From NCBI GenBank assembly GCA_040756875.1, contig JBFLYH010000002.1, positions 446,644 through 510,643 on the forward strand: a DNA stretch of 64,000 nucleotides, given 5' to 3'. The notes under the pieces were generated by a model. It was not told the DNA's origin. It saw nothing but the letters and a program-made list of their open reading frames with translations, and made no database searches. The position numbers and the translations under genes are program-made. Positions 8,070 to 17,819 of the stretch are shown piece after piece (within the stretch, counting starts at the first letter, position 1; every line of letters starts with the position of its first letter). Origin of the DNA: a candidate division FCPU426 bacterium (GTDB taxonomy: Bacteria; Oederibacteriota; JAAXVQ01; JAUVAV01).

Positions 8070-9502
8070 CCGCGGCCTCCGGGCAGGGCCCGCTTGAGCA
8101 ATTGCCAGTCTTCGCGCTTCACCGCGCCGAATATCCAGGCCGCAGCCGTGAATACCGCGGCGCCGGCCGCGACCGGAACCAGCAGAGGCAGGGCGCGCAG
8201 CCACCAGACCGCGGGCGCCATGCAGGCCGCGGCCGCAGCCGTGCGCGCCACGGCGGACCCGAGCTGCAGGGGGAACAGATACCGCCGCACGGCCCAGGCA
8301 TAGGCGCACAGCAGCATCAGTTCGGTCGTCGCGGCCGCGGCTGCGGAGCCGGCATGGCCGAAACGCGGAATCAGCGCCAGATTCGCCGCCACGCTGACGA
8401 CCACGGCCATGCCCGAAGCCAGCGCGTTGACGCGCTGGTGTTCGCCCGAAATCAAAAGGAAGGAGAGCGCGTAGTTGACGAAAATGAAACTCAGCGCCAC
8501 GGCCAGCCAGGCCAGGGCCGTGCCGGCCGGCGCGAAGGGCTTGCCGAACAGCCAGACCATGAGCGGCTCGCCCAGCATCACCGCGCCCACGGCCACCGGC
8601 AATCCCAGGAACACCAGCAGGCGCAGCAGCTGCCGGCTGACGCGGGCCAGCTGTTCGCGGTCCGTGCGGAACAGTTGGGAGAACCCGGGAAACGCGGCCA
8701 CCACCAGCACCGCCGGCACGACCATCAGCACTTCGATGCATTTGTGGGCCGCGCCGTACCAGCCGACTTCGGCCGCAGGCCTGAGTTTGGCCAGGAGGGT
8801 CATGTCGATGCGGAAGTAGAGGTTGACGAAGAGCGTGGTCAGGGTGAGCGGCAGAGCCTGGCGCAGCGCATAGCGGAAGATGTCCGCGCTCCAGGAGCCG
8901 GCCGGGCCCAGCATCCGGCTGCGGCCCAACAGCCAGGCCGCGGCCGCCAGCCCCAGGACGCCGGCTGCCGCGTACGCCGCGGCCACGCCCAGAACGCCCA
9001 TCCCCCAGCCTAGGGCCAGGAGGCCGAAAACCAGCAGCGCCACCTTTTGCAGGGTGAACACCAGGGCTTCCCATTGCAGCTGCTGGCGGGCGTTGAACAC
9101 GGCGTTGAAAAACTCGGTGAAGGAATGCAGCAGGACGAACGCCGCCAGCCAATACGCGCAGCGGCGCATGAGGGGCGAAGGCGCGATCAGGTGCAGTCCC
9201 AGCGCCACGGCCGCCAGAAAGACCGCTCCCAGGATCAGTTTGAGCGCCAGCAAATGCCGGAAGAGGACGCCGGTCCGCTCCGGATCCCTGGCCGCGTCCC
9301 GCACCAGCAAGGGATTCAGGCCGAAATCCACGATCACCACGAACAGCAGCGGGAAGGAATAAGCGAAGTTCAGGGCGCCGAAATCGGACTCGCCCAGGGT
9401 GCGGGCCACCAGCACCATGAAGGCGAACGACAGCAGCCGGATCAGAACCTCGCCGGCCCCCTTGAAAAAAGCGTTTTTAGCGAACGCGCGGGTAAACGAC
9501 AT
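8066..9502 (-). CDS. Wzx-like polysaccharide flippase (MOP/polysaccharide biosynthesis protein family)
   Basis: Start MSFTRAFAKNAFFKGAGEVLIRLLSFAFMVLVARTLG..., about 478 aa, roughly 12 TM. The ATG at 9502 lies 8 nt downstream of the upstream gene's stop. The annotated 560-aa form would overlap the upstream gene by about 240 nt. Confidence 0.65.
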   Translation of the reverse strand: MSFTRAFAKNAFFKGAGEVLIRLLSFAFMVLVARTLGESDFGALNFAYSFPLLFVVIVDFGLNPLLVRDAARDPERTGVLFRHLLALKLILGAVFLAAVALGLHLIAPSPLMRRCAYWLAAFVLLHSFTEFFNAVFNARQQLQWEALVFTLQKVALLVFGLLALGWGMGVLGVAAAYAAAGVLGLAAAAWLLGRSRMLGPAGSWSADIFRYALRQALPLTLTTLFVNLYFRIDMTLLAKLRPAAEVGWYGAAHKCIEVLMVVPAVLVVAAFPGFSQLFRTDREQLARVSRQLLRLLVFLGLPVAVGAVMLGEPLMVWLFGKPFAPAGTALAWLAVALSFIFVNYALSFLLISGEHQRVNALASGMAVVVSVAANLALIPRFGHAGSAAAAATTELMLLCAYAWAVRRYLFPLQLGSAVARTAAAAACMAPAVWWLRALPLLVPVAAGAAVFTAAAWIFGAVKREDWQLLKRALPGGRG

Positions 9503-9510
9503 GTGCCCCT

Positions 9511-10236
9511 TCAGCGTTTCCGGTGGCGCCACAGAATCCGGAACAAATCCCCCAGCATCCTCCAGGCGTCCCGCAGGGGCGACACTTTGGAGTGCCGGGA
9601 ATTGCGCCAGGCCACCGGCACCTCGCGGATCTCCAGCCCCTGCCGCCTGGCCAGGTAGAGCACCTCGACGTCGAAGCCGAACCCCGGAACGGTCAGGCGC
9701 GGAAAAAGTGCGCGGGCCGCGTCCCGGCGGAACAATTTGAACCCGCACTGGGTGTCATGAACGCCCGGCAGCACCAACAGCTGCACCAGGCGGTTGAACG
9801 ACTTCCCCATCCACTCGCGGTAAAAGGGCTGGTGCTCTTCGATGCGGCTGCCGGCCACGGCCCGGGAAGCAACGGCCACATCCGCGCCGCCGGCGAGCGC
9901 CTGTTCCAGGCGGAGCAACTCCTCGATCGGCGTGGACAGGTCGGCGTCCGAAAACAACACGACGGCGCCGTTGGCCGCGGCCACACCCCGGCGCACCGAG
10001 GCGCCCTTGCCGCGGTTGCGCCGGTTGCGCAGCACCCGCAGGCGGCCCGAACGGAAGGGATGGGCCAGCGCCAGCTCGGCGGTCCGGTCCCGGCTGCCGT
10101 CATCCACCACCACGACTTCACAGGAGCGCGCCTGGACGCGGAAAAACCGGTCGACGGCCTCCAAGGTCGCACCCAGCCGTTCGGCTTCGTTATAGGCGGG
10201 AATGACGATGCTCACCTCGCAGGCCGGCCGGGTCAC
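9511..10236 (-). CDS. GT2 polyprenyl-phosphate sugar synthase (DPM1/GtrB/ArnC-like)
   Basis: VSIVIPAYNEAERL...VVVVDDGSRDRT...LFSDADLSTP..., a soluble 241-aa GT2 of the DPM1-like type. ATGA overlap at 10233-10236. Confidence 0.7.
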   Translation of the reverse strand: MTRPACEVSIVIPAYNEAERLGATLEAVDRFFRVQARSCEVVVVDDGSRDRTAELALAHPFRSGRLRVLRNRRNRGKGASVRRGVAAANGAVVLFSDADLSTPIEELLRLEQALAGGADVAVASRAVAGSRIEEHQPFYREWMGKSFNRLVQLLVLPGVHDTQCGFKLFRRDAARALFPRLTVPGFGFDVEVLYLARRQGLEIREVPVAWRNSRHSKVSPLRDAWRMLGDLFRILWRHRKR

Positions 10237-11549
10237 GCGGGGCTCCTGGCTGGTTCGGGTTTTCGGTCAACCAAGCGGCGATACCCAAAACCGATTCCGA
10301 TCACCAGGGCCAGATGGATGCCGCGCGCGTAGATGACCAGCACGTCGAACATATTATGGAAGAGAAAGGCCAGGCAGCTGGCGGCCAGGGCGACCAGCAT
10401 GGCCCGGTCCGCGAAGGTCGGAATGGTTTTCAGGTTGCGCAGCAGCCGGACGAAAGTCATGATAATGAAAAAACTGAAAGCCGCCAGGCCCAGCAAGCCG
10501 GTTTCCACGCCGATCTGCGTGTATAAATTATGGATGTGTTTGTCCAGGTAAGGCGTTTCACCTGGATAGGCCTTGAGGCTCGACTGGATGGCAATCAGGT
10601 AATTCCCGCCGCCGTGGCCGAAAACCGGTTTTTGCGCGATCAGCCGCCAGCCGAGTTTCTGGTAGAACACGCGCCCCGTGACCGCCGTGTCTTCCTTGAC
10701 GTTGGTCAGGCTGCCCAGCCGGCTGTTCAACTTGGAGACGTAGAACGGCAGCACCAACAACAGCGCGATGAACACCAGGAAAAGCAGCAACGACCGCAGG
10801 ATGTTTTTGGGAATGTAATACAGGAGCAGGATGCCCACAGCCAGGAAGGTGCTGAGCCAGCCGCCCCGGGAATAGGTCGTGGCCAAGGTCAGGCCCAGGA
10901 TCAGGACCACGACTCCCATCAACACCAGCCCCCTCGGCTGCTGCTGTTCAAAAAACAATTCCAGCGCCAGGGGGATCAGCAGGATCAGAAAGCCCGCAAA
11001 CTGGTTGGCATGCCCGAAGGTGGAATGCGCCCGCATGACCCCTTTGACCTGGTTCATGCCGTCCAAGCCGGCGGAGGAGGAAAACAGGTTCAGCCCGGTG
11101 AAATGCTGGGTCAGCCCCATCAGGCTGGCCAGAAGTCCGGCGCCGATAATCACCCTGAGCAGGAGATTGAACCGCGTGTGGTCCCGGAAACAGGTCCCGG
11201 CCACCAGCATGACCAGCAGGAATTCCCCCCAGCGGATGCACTGCTTTACCACGCCCCAGAAATCAACGGCGTCGAGGGCGGAAAGCGCGACCGCAACCAT
11301 GAACGGCAGGAAAATCCAATACACTTTGCCCAGGTCTTTCCAAAAGGAGCCCTGCTTGAAATGACGGAGGATAAAGCCGAGCCCGACGCCCAGCAAATAG
11401 ACTTCGTTGGTGTAGACGGTGGGCGGCAATTCCAGGGCAAAGTCGAACGGCAGCAGGACCGCCATGCCCACCACCGCCCAGAACGGGTCGCGAACAGCGA
11501 GCAGCCAGCCTGCCAAACAGAGCGCCAGAGCCAGGGTGTAGGTGATCAC
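10233..11549 (-). CDS. O-antigen ligase / Wzy-like polymerase family membrane protein
   Basis: 438 aa, polytopic. Contains ...TYSRGGWL... and ...HNLYTQIGVETGLLG..., typical of Wzy_C. Confidence 0.6.
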   Translation of the reverse strand: MITYTLALALCLAGWLLAVRDPFWAVVGMAVLLPFDFALELPPTVYTNEVYLLGVGLGFILRHFKQGSFWKDLGKVYWIFLPFMVAVALSALDAVDFWGVVKQCIRWGEFLLVMLVAGTCFRDHTRFNLLLRVIIGAGLLASLMGLTQHFTGLNLFSSSAGLDGMNQVKGVMRAHSTFGHANQFAGFLILLIPLALELFFEQQQPRGLVLMGVVVLILGLTLATTYSRGGWLSTFLAVGILLLYYIPKNILRSLLLFLVFIALLLVLPFYVSKLNSRLGSLTNVKEDTAVTGRVFYQKLGWRLIAQKPVFGHGGGNYLIAIQSSLKAYPGETPYLDKHIHNLYTQIGVETGLLGLAAFSFFIIMTFVRLLRNLKTIPTFADRAMLVALAASCLAFLFHNMFDVLVIYARGIHLALVIGIGFGYRRLVDRKPEPARSPA

Positions 11550-11598
11550 AGCCGTTCCTTTTCAGGGATGTGCGGAGGCATGCGCACGGGCTTGCCCT

Positions 11599-12990
11599 TC
11601 AATACGCCCCGCGTTTGGAGAGAACCGTGGGGACGGTTCTCGCCAGAATAACCAGGTCAAACAGCAGCGAGTGGTGCTTGATGTAATAGAGGTCGTACTT
11701 GACGTTCTCTTCCATGGGTTTGTCGCTGCGGCCGGAAACCTGCCACAAACCCGTCAGGCCGGGCAAAACCAGGTGGCGGCGGTGGTAAATCGCGCGGTTG
11801 TATTTTTTCACGAGAAACGGCTGTTCGGGCCGCGGGCCGACCAGGCTCATGTCGCCTTTAATGACATTGATGAACTGGGGAAGCTCGTCCAGGCTGGTCT
11901 GCCGCAGAAACGCGCCGACCCGCGTGATGCGGGGGTCGCTCTTCTGCCTGGGGGTCACGCTGTACTTGGGCGCCGAAGTGTGCATGGTGCGGAATTTGTA
12001 GATCACGAAATGCCGGCCGAACCGGCCCACGCGCTCCTGCTTGAAAAACACCGGCCCCGCCGAGTCCAGTTTGATCGCGATCGCAATGAGCAGCCAGAGC
12101 GGGGACGTGACCAGGACCACGCCCAGGGAGACGATCTCATCCATGAGCCGTTTGAGCAGGCCCTTCCAAAATTGCTGGCTGTCCTGGGTGTTTTCCAGGA
12201 AGACGTTCTCCTGCAGCTCTTCCTGGATGGCCTTGGAGGTCATGATGTCGACCACGCTGGTGATGTAGTGCGCCTCCAGCCCCTTTTCCTCGCACCAGGT
12301 GACGATCCCGATCATTTGTTCGTAATACTTGATGGGAAAGGTGAGGATGATGCCGTCCAGGCGGATTTTCACCATGACTGCCGCGATCTTTTTCGCCAGT
12401 TCGGCGGAGATGGGCTCCTCCTTGGAGGCGCCGAGGTCGCGTTTGGGATCCAGCGCCAGATTGCCCGCGCAACGGTAGCCGAGCTCGGGATGCAGCTGCA
12501 GGATCTTCTCCGCGGCCAGGCGCTTGTTATCCACGCCGAGGATCAGCATGTTGAGCGTGTCCCACCCGCGGCTGCGCCGGACTTTGACGATCTTCCACAA
12601 CAGCCAGCGGAATCCCAGCTCGAAAACCACGGCCGTGGCCCAGAAAATCATCACCAGAAAACGGGAGCGCTCGTAGTACTTGAAGAAAAAGGTCATGGTC
12701 AGGGCCAGGACCAGGGCGAAGGTGACGGCCTTGATCAGCCGGGCGTACTCGTCGATCATGGACAGCTGCCGGCGCAGGTCGTAGAGCCCGTAAAAGACGA
12801 AGATCAGCAGGCACAGGCCGATGGTGATGAGCGCCGCCGGGTTGTAGCCCTGAAGCGTATGCAGGGGCATCAAGGGCGGCGACTGGTTGTGCATGCGGAT
12901 GAAATAGGCGGTAAGGAAGGCCGCGTACAACACGACCGCGTCCCCCAGCATGGCGAAGAGCACGAAACGGTTCGTTTTATTTCTGCGCAT
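11599..12990 (-). CDS. wbaP: Undecaprenyl-phosphate hexose-1-phosphate transferase (WbaP/bacterial sugar transferase, initiating PGT)
   Basis: 463 aa with N-terminal TM helices. The C-terminal PGT domain carries ...DELPQFINVIKGDMSLVGPRPE... Confidence 0.8.
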   Translation of the reverse strand: MRRNKTNRFVLFAMLGDAVVLYAAFLTAYFIRMHNQSPPLMPLHTLQGYNPAALITIGLCLLIFVFYGLYDLRRQLSMIDEYARLIKAVTFALVLALTMTFFFKYYERSRFLVMIFWATAVVFELGFRWLLWKIVKVRRSRGWDTLNMLILGVDNKRLAAEKILQLHPELGYRCAGNLALDPKRDLGASKEEPISAELAKKIAAVMVKIRLDGIILTFPIKYYEQMIGIVTWCEEKGLEAHYITSVVDIMTSKAIQEELQENVFLENTQDSQQFWKGLLKRLMDEIVSLGVVLVTSPLWLLIAIAIKLDSAGPVFFKQERVGRFGRHFVIYKFRTMHTSAPKYSVTPRQKSDPRITRVGAFLRQTSLDELPQFINVIKGDMSLVGPRPEQPFLVKKYNRAIYHRRHLVLPGLTGLWQVSGRSDKPMEENVKYDLYYIKHHSLLFDLVILARTVPTVLSKRGAY

Positions 12991-14104
12991 GGGGCGCCCC
13001 TTCCTTTCGGTTCAGCAGTCGGTTAAACAGCGCTTCATAGCCTGCGGTGACAGCCTCCCAGGAATAATGCCGCTGGGCCCGTTCCTTCGCCCGCGCGCGC
13101 AGATCGCGCACCGTGTCCGGATGGTCCAGGAGATACTGTAGCTCTTGGCGCAACGCTTCGGCCCCGCCCTCCGTGGCATAGGCCCGGCCCGCATCGCCGA
13201 TGGTTTCGCGGTTGGTGGCAATGCCGTTGACGAGCACGGCGTTCCCGGCCGCCATCTGCTCCACCAAGACGGGATGGGTGCCGCCGACTTCGGAGGCCAG
13301 GACAAAAACGTACGCGTGGGCCGACAGCTCCCGGTATCCGTCCCCGAACAAATACCCCGTGAAGACCGCGCCCGCGGGGGCGTTTTGCTTCAGCTCCCGG
13401 ATGTAGTCGCCGGCATAAGGCGCGTCGCCGACGATCACCACCTGCTTGTCGGTCTTGAGCCCGCGATAGGCTTCGAGCAGCTGGTGGGCGCCGTTCTCGG
13501 GCACCAGGCGGCCGACAAAGAGAAAGTAGCCCCGGGGTTGCAGGCCCAGCCGGGCCAGATGAGCCTGCGATGTTATTTCGGGCATGGCGGCGCCATACGG
13601 CAGAAATTCGCTGGACGCGCCGTACTGCCGCTGGTAGTACTCCTGGACCTTGCGCGAATCGGCGATGATCACGTCCGCGAACCAGGTGGCCCAGCGTTCG
13701 CTGGCCTTGAGAAACCAGCGCGCGAAACCGCCCCACTTTTTCCGTTCCCAGTCCGCGCCGTCCACGTTCAGCACCACTTTTTTCCCGGCCAAGCGGGGCA
13801 TCCAGGCCAGCAGGCTGTTGCCCACCCCGCAGATATACACCACGTCGAAGGCCCTGAACAACAAGTGCAGGATCGAGAGAAACGTGTGGACGATCGTATC
13901 AAAATGCTTGCTGGGTAGGGTGGGCAGCTTGACCAGCCGGACGCCCTGGTACACGTCGCCTTCATAGCGAACATGGGTGGAACGGCAATAAACCGTCACG
14001 TCATGACCCCGTTTGACCAGCCTGATGCTGAGGTTCTCCACCGCGGTTTCAAAGCCGCTGTAACTGGCCGGAATGCCGCGGCTCCCGATCATGGCAATGC
14101 GCAT
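12977..14104 (-). CDS. Glycosyltransferase family 4 (DUF1972-type N-terminus)
   Basis: MRIAMIGSRGIPASYSGFETAVENL..., a characteristic DUF1972 GT4 start, with a GT4 C-terminal domain. 14-nt overlap with the wbaP start. Confidence 0.7.
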   Translation of the reverse strand: MRIAMIGSRGIPASYSGFETAVENLSIRLVKRGHDVTVYCRSTHVRYEGDVYQGVRLVKLPTLPSKHFDTIVHTFLSILHLLFRAFDVVYICGVGNSLLAWMPRLAGKKVVLNVDGADWERKKWGGFARWFLKASERWATWFADVIIADSRKVQEYYQRQYGASSEFLPYGAAMPEITSQAHLARLGLQPRGYFLFVGRLVPENGAHQLLEAYRGLKTDKQVVIVGDAPYAGDYIRELKQNAPAGAVFTGYLFGDGYRELSAHAYVFVLASEVGGTHPVLVEQMAAGNAVLVNGIATNRETIGDAGRAYATEGGAEALRQELQYLLDHPDTVRDLRARAKERAQRHYSWEAVTAGYEALFNRLLNRKEGAPHAQK

Positions 14105-14427
14105 ATTACTGTCCTGCCTGGTGGTTAACAGGCTGATGAAAAAGTCCGCAGAGCGGCCTTTTTCGTCTGCACTGCTTAGAATACCCCTTGAAAAATCAGA
14201 GATTTTTCAAGGGGTAACAGGCTGCCAAATGAGCATATAAGAGTTTTTCAGCAGCCTGTTAATAACTGATCGATTGCAAGAAAAGCCAACAGGATGACAG
14301 ACACTGTTGGATTCGAGAAACGACCGCCTTTATAAAATATTCGCTGCGTTCACCGGCTGACATGAACAGCAAATTTGCCTGTTCGAGTCCCAATTATAGG
14401 CCAAGGCTCTTCAATTGAAAAGCCTTT
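14105..14427. promoter_or_regulatory. AT-rich 323-bp internal intergenic region. It holds a perfect 14-bp-stem palindrome (14194-14224, ccccttgaaaaatc-aga-gatttttcaagggg) and three copies of TAACAGGCTG (14126-35 and 14225-34 direct; 14254-63 inverted)
   Basis: Read directly. It is the only sizeable AT-rich gap inside the co-directional cluster. Confidence 0.45.
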
Positions 14428-16239
14428 TCATTTAAGGGGTTTTTCGGGCTCCGGAGCAGGATAAAAGCTCCAGACTTGGATCGGTTCGGCAGGGTTCCAG
14501 GGAGCAAGCGGCTTCAGTTCAGGCAAATCACGTTGCAGGTCGGCCAGCAGGCGGCTCACTTTTTCTTCGCGGCACACCAGATAGCCGATGGAAAGCTCGT
14601 TAAAAACGCGGCGAAGTTCCCGGGGCGATTCGATGGGCTCGGCCCGCATCAATTGCCCCAGGATGGCATACTGCTTTTTATACTGTAGTTGCAGGAAAGA
14701 CTCCCGCGAGGTATTGCCGCCGATCAGGGGGTGTTCGTGATACGTCTGGAACAGAAACGGCCGCGCCTGCTTGACCCAGGGCGAAGTGGGCATGTCGAGC
14801 ACCGCCCGGGTGCGGTCAGGATCCTGGCGTATGGCCCGGTATGCCGGCATTTCCCGGGCGGTTGAGTTGACCGGGTAAGGGACAGTCAGGAACTCGAACA
14901 GCAGCAAACCGAGAATCAGCCAGAAGCGCTGCCGCAGCGCCTGGCAGCTCAGACCGAAAAGGACCGTGGTTGCCAGCAAGGGCAGGAAAACAAACCGGGC
15001 CGGCTCGCGGATCCCGTTCAACAGCGGGAGATAATGGATCAGGGCATACGGCGCAGGCCAGGTCACTTCCCCGAACCCTTTGAGGTCGTAGAAAACGAAA
15101 CCCGGTATGACGTTCAGCGGCAGGCCGAACAGGCGGACAAACGGCCCCAGGGCAAAGAGCCAGAACCCCACGCCCATCCACAACCAGCGCCGGGCCCCGG
15201 CTTCAGGCCACCATCCCCGCCGGCCCAGTATGATCACCGTGAGCGTCGTCCAGCCCAGCGAAGCGACCCGTTCGGCCGCATTGCCGCCCAGGGTGTCGCT
15301 GCCCGTGATGCGCAAGGTTTCGCCCAGTTGGTGGGCCAGCCGGCCCCAGAGCGGGTGCAGTTCCGACGGAAACAAAACGCCGGCCGCATCCAGGGCGAAA
15401 TATTCCGCACCGCCCCAACCGCCGGTGTGCAGGGCCAGCAAATTGAACTGCTTCATTTCCGCCAGCATTTGCCAGATAAAGTAGCCCAGCAGCGCGGCCA
15501 GTCCCAGGGCGCTGGGTGCGAGTTTCAATAGAAAAGGCACGAGTTGCCCGCGGTCTTTCCAGAGCAGATACAGCACATACCCGGCGATCAGCAAACCCAG
15601 AAAAAGAAACCCCTGGTAGTCGCTGAAAAACAGGTACAGGCCCCAGGCTACCAAGCCCGCCTGCCGCCCCCATTCCCAGCGCACGCCGGCCGGCCGGCGC
15701 CACAGATAAATCATCCAGGGAATGGCTTCGTTGCTGATCGAATGAAAATGCCCCATGCCATGGGCCATTTGAAAGGGTGCCAGAGTGTAAAAGAGGCCTC
15801 CCAGAAAGGCTGCGCGGTCGTCGATCCCGAAGGTCTTCAGCATTCTGAAAGCGCCCCAGCCGCGAAGGCCGAAGGTCAGCAGAAAACCCGCGTTGTAGGC
15901 AAAGATGTCGTTCACAGCCAGGGAGAACGGCACGAGCAGCAGGGTCTTGGCCGGCGACCAGGTGTGCATGAGCAAACTGATGCGCAGGGGGTAATAGAGG
16001 TCGTGAGTGAAGAAAGGGTGGCCGCCCGTGGCCAGCACTTTCTTCCAATGCCAGATGCCCCAGATGAACTGCATGGCATCCGGGCCGCGGCCTGGGATCA
16101 GGGTCGCCAGGTCCGTGACAAGGGGGTAAGTATAAATCATCCCCAGCAGAACGTAAACCGCGGCTGCCCACCAGCCCTGGCCAAACCCTTCGGCGCGACG
16201 GGGCGCCTGCACCAATGTTGCGGAGGAAGCGCGGTTCAC
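14428..16239 (-). CDS. Large polytopic membrane protein (603 aa) of unknown family; candidate GT-C-type glycosyltransferase or polymerase
   Basis: Hydrophobic N-terminal two thirds (YTYPLV...), soluble C-terminal domain. ATGA overlap with the upstream GT39-like gene. Confidence 0.4.
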   Translation of the reverse strand: MNRASSATLVQAPRRAEGFGQGWWAAAVYVLLGMIYTYPLVTDLATLIPGRGPDAMQFIWGIWHWKKVLATGGHPFFTHDLYYPLRISLLMHTWSPAKTLLLVPFSLAVNDIFAYNAGFLLTFGLRGWGAFRMLKTFGIDDRAAFLGGLFYTLAPFQMAHGMGHFHSISNEAIPWMIYLWRRPAGVRWEWGRQAGLVAWGLYLFFSDYQGFLFLGLLIAGYVLYLLWKDRGQLVPFLLKLAPSALGLAALLGYFIWQMLAEMKQFNLLALHTGGWGGAEYFALDAAGVLFPSELHPLWGRLAHQLGETLRITGSDTLGGNAAERVASLGWTTLTVIILGRRGWWPEAGARRWLWMGVGFWLFALGPFVRLFGLPLNVIPGFVFYDLKGFGEVTWPAPYALIHYLPLLNGIREPARFVFLPLLATTVLFGLSCQALRQRFWLILGLLLFEFLTVPYPVNSTAREMPAYRAIRQDPDRTRAVLDMPTSPWVKQARPFLFQTYHEHPLIGGNTSRESFLQLQYKKQYAILGQLMRAEPIESPRELRRVFNELSIGYLVCREEKVSRLLADLQRDLPELKPLAPWNPAEPIQVWSFYPAPEPEKPLK

Positions 16240-17819
16240 GGTTGCACCTCATCCGGCGCCGCCCGCAGACGGTAAATCGCAATGGCCGGTCCGGTTTGCC
16301 AGGGGGCGGGTTCAAACAGCCGCAGGAGTTCGGCCTGGCGGCTCAGTTCCCGGCCGAAGCCATCGGTCCCTCCGGCCGGCGCCCCTTCCTTCCACAAGGC
16401 GCCGGAAATCCAATCGCTGACTAAAAAATAAGTGAAGCCTTGCCGGCGGTATTCGTCCAAAGGATGGTTGGCCAGGCGGTTTTCCTCGCGGACCGTGAAT
16501 TGCTTCTCGTCGTTGCGCAGGGGGGCGGTCAGCCATTCCATGGCGATTCTGCTCCCTGCGGGCAGATGCGCAAGAATCCAGTTCCGGCTGGTGATGCGGC
16601 TGCTGTAATGCGCCAGGCGCCACTGGGTATTCACCTGGGCCCAAAGGACCGGGCCGGCGAGCACGAGCAGCAACGCGGCGCCCAGGATCCACCTGCCCGG
16701 AACCGTGTCCGCGCGGGCGCTGCGCACGCACCAGGCCCAGACCGCGGCCGCCAAGTCCGCGCAGCCCAGCGCCAGCAGCGGCAGGACCGGGTTGATCCAG
16801 GCCTGGGCCGGCGCCGCGGCCAGGCCGGCCCAAAACAGCCAGACCAAGCTCCCGACCCGCAGCAGCCAGGCCCGGGGATTTCTGCGCCACCACAGCAGCC
16901 AGACCAAAGCCAGCTGGATTTGCAATCCGCCCATGTTCCAACGCAAGGCGCGGGTCAGGACCCACAGCAGGTTCTCCCACCATCTGGCCAGCGAGCCCGC
17001 GCCATAGGTCTGCCGGGCCTCGGCCAGAAACGCCGACCCGGTTGCGGAAAAATCCCGCAGCCACATGGGCTGCAAGGCGAGATACACCAGGGCGGCGGCC
17101 CCGAGGCCCAGGGCGAGCGCCTGCCAGGAAGTCCTGGGATCCCCGCCTGAACGCCGGTCACGGATTGCAGCCTGGATCCGGGCCGCGATGAAAACCACGA
17201 GAAAAACCCCCAGCGCATAGTGAGTGGCCGCGGCCAGGCCCATGGCCAGGCCGGACAATAACGGCCATCCCCTTCCCGGTTGCTCCTGGCCGCGCTGCAA
17301 GGACCAGAAAAAGGCCAGCGTGAGAAACACCTGGAGGCTGTCGGATTGGACCAATTGGGCGCTGGTCACCGGCAAAACGTAGCCTGTGTAGAGCCCGGCT
17401 GCCAGCAATCCGATACCCGGGGAGAAAGCGCGGGCGCCCAGCCAATAAAGCAGAATCAGGCTGAGCAGGCTGAAAATCACCGACCAGGCGCGGCCTATAT
17501 AATAATAGAAGGCATCCGTATCCAGAAAGCCGAGGGCCAGGCCGGTATGGAACAGTTTGGCCGAAATTTTATAAGCCACGGCCAGCGGGTAAACCACGGT
17601 GGCAGCCGCCGGCTGCGCCAGCGGCGAGTCCAACCCGCGGGTGGCGGCCACGGCCAAAGCCCTGGCCACGTAGGCAGGTTCGTTGATTTCCGGGGTGTAG
17701 GGCAAATCCCGGCGAAAACCAGCCAGGTGCAGCAACAAAAAGCAGGTCCACAGCGCCCAAAAAGCGGCGCCGGGCATTGGTTTTTTTTTCGACGCTGTGG
17801 TTCCGGGAGTCATTGGCAT
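16236..17819 (-). CDS. GT39/ArnT-like (PMT_2) GT-C glycosyltransferase
   Basis: 527 aa, polytopic, with periplasmic-loop motifs typical of PMT_2 (e.g. ...RGLDSPLAQP... and ...YYYIGRAWSVIF...). Confidence 0.6.
   Translation of the reverse strand: MPMTPGTTASKKKPMPGAAFWALWTCFLLLHLAGFRRDLPYTPEINEPAYVARALAVAATRGLDSPLAQPAAATVVYPLAVAYKISAKLFHTGLALGFLDTDAFYYYIGRAWSVIFSLLSLILLYWLGARAFSPGIGLLAAGLYTGYVLPVTSAQLVQSDSLQVFLTLAFFWSLQRGQEQPGRGWPLLSGLAMGLAAATHYALGVFLVVFIAARIQAAIRDRRSGGDPRTSWQALALGLGAAALVYLALQPMWLRDFSATGSAFLAEARQTYGAGSLARWWENLLWVLTRALRWNMGGLQIQLALVWLLWWRRNPRAWLLRVGSLVWLFWAGLAAAPAQAWINPVLPLLALGCADLAAAVWAWCVRSARADTVPGRWILGAALLLVLAGPVLWAQVNTQWRLAHYSSRITSRNWILAHLPAGSRIAMEWLTAPLRNDEKQFTVREENRLANHPLDEYRRQGFTYFLVSDWISGALWKEGAPAGGTDGFGRELSRQAELLRLFEPAPWQTGPAIAIYRLRAAPDEVQP

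Noticed and set aside
7017-9152. 711-aa minus-strand ORF
   Set aside because: N-terminal over-extension of the GT2 gene into the Wzx-like gene's reading space. The true start is MSAPRVSVVIPTFNRR at 8069.
14105-14427. Possible tRNA or small RNA gene in the AT-rich gap
   Set aside because: I could find no cloverleaf arrangement or conserved T-loop (GTTCRANYC) by eye. Interpreted as a regulatory spacer instead.
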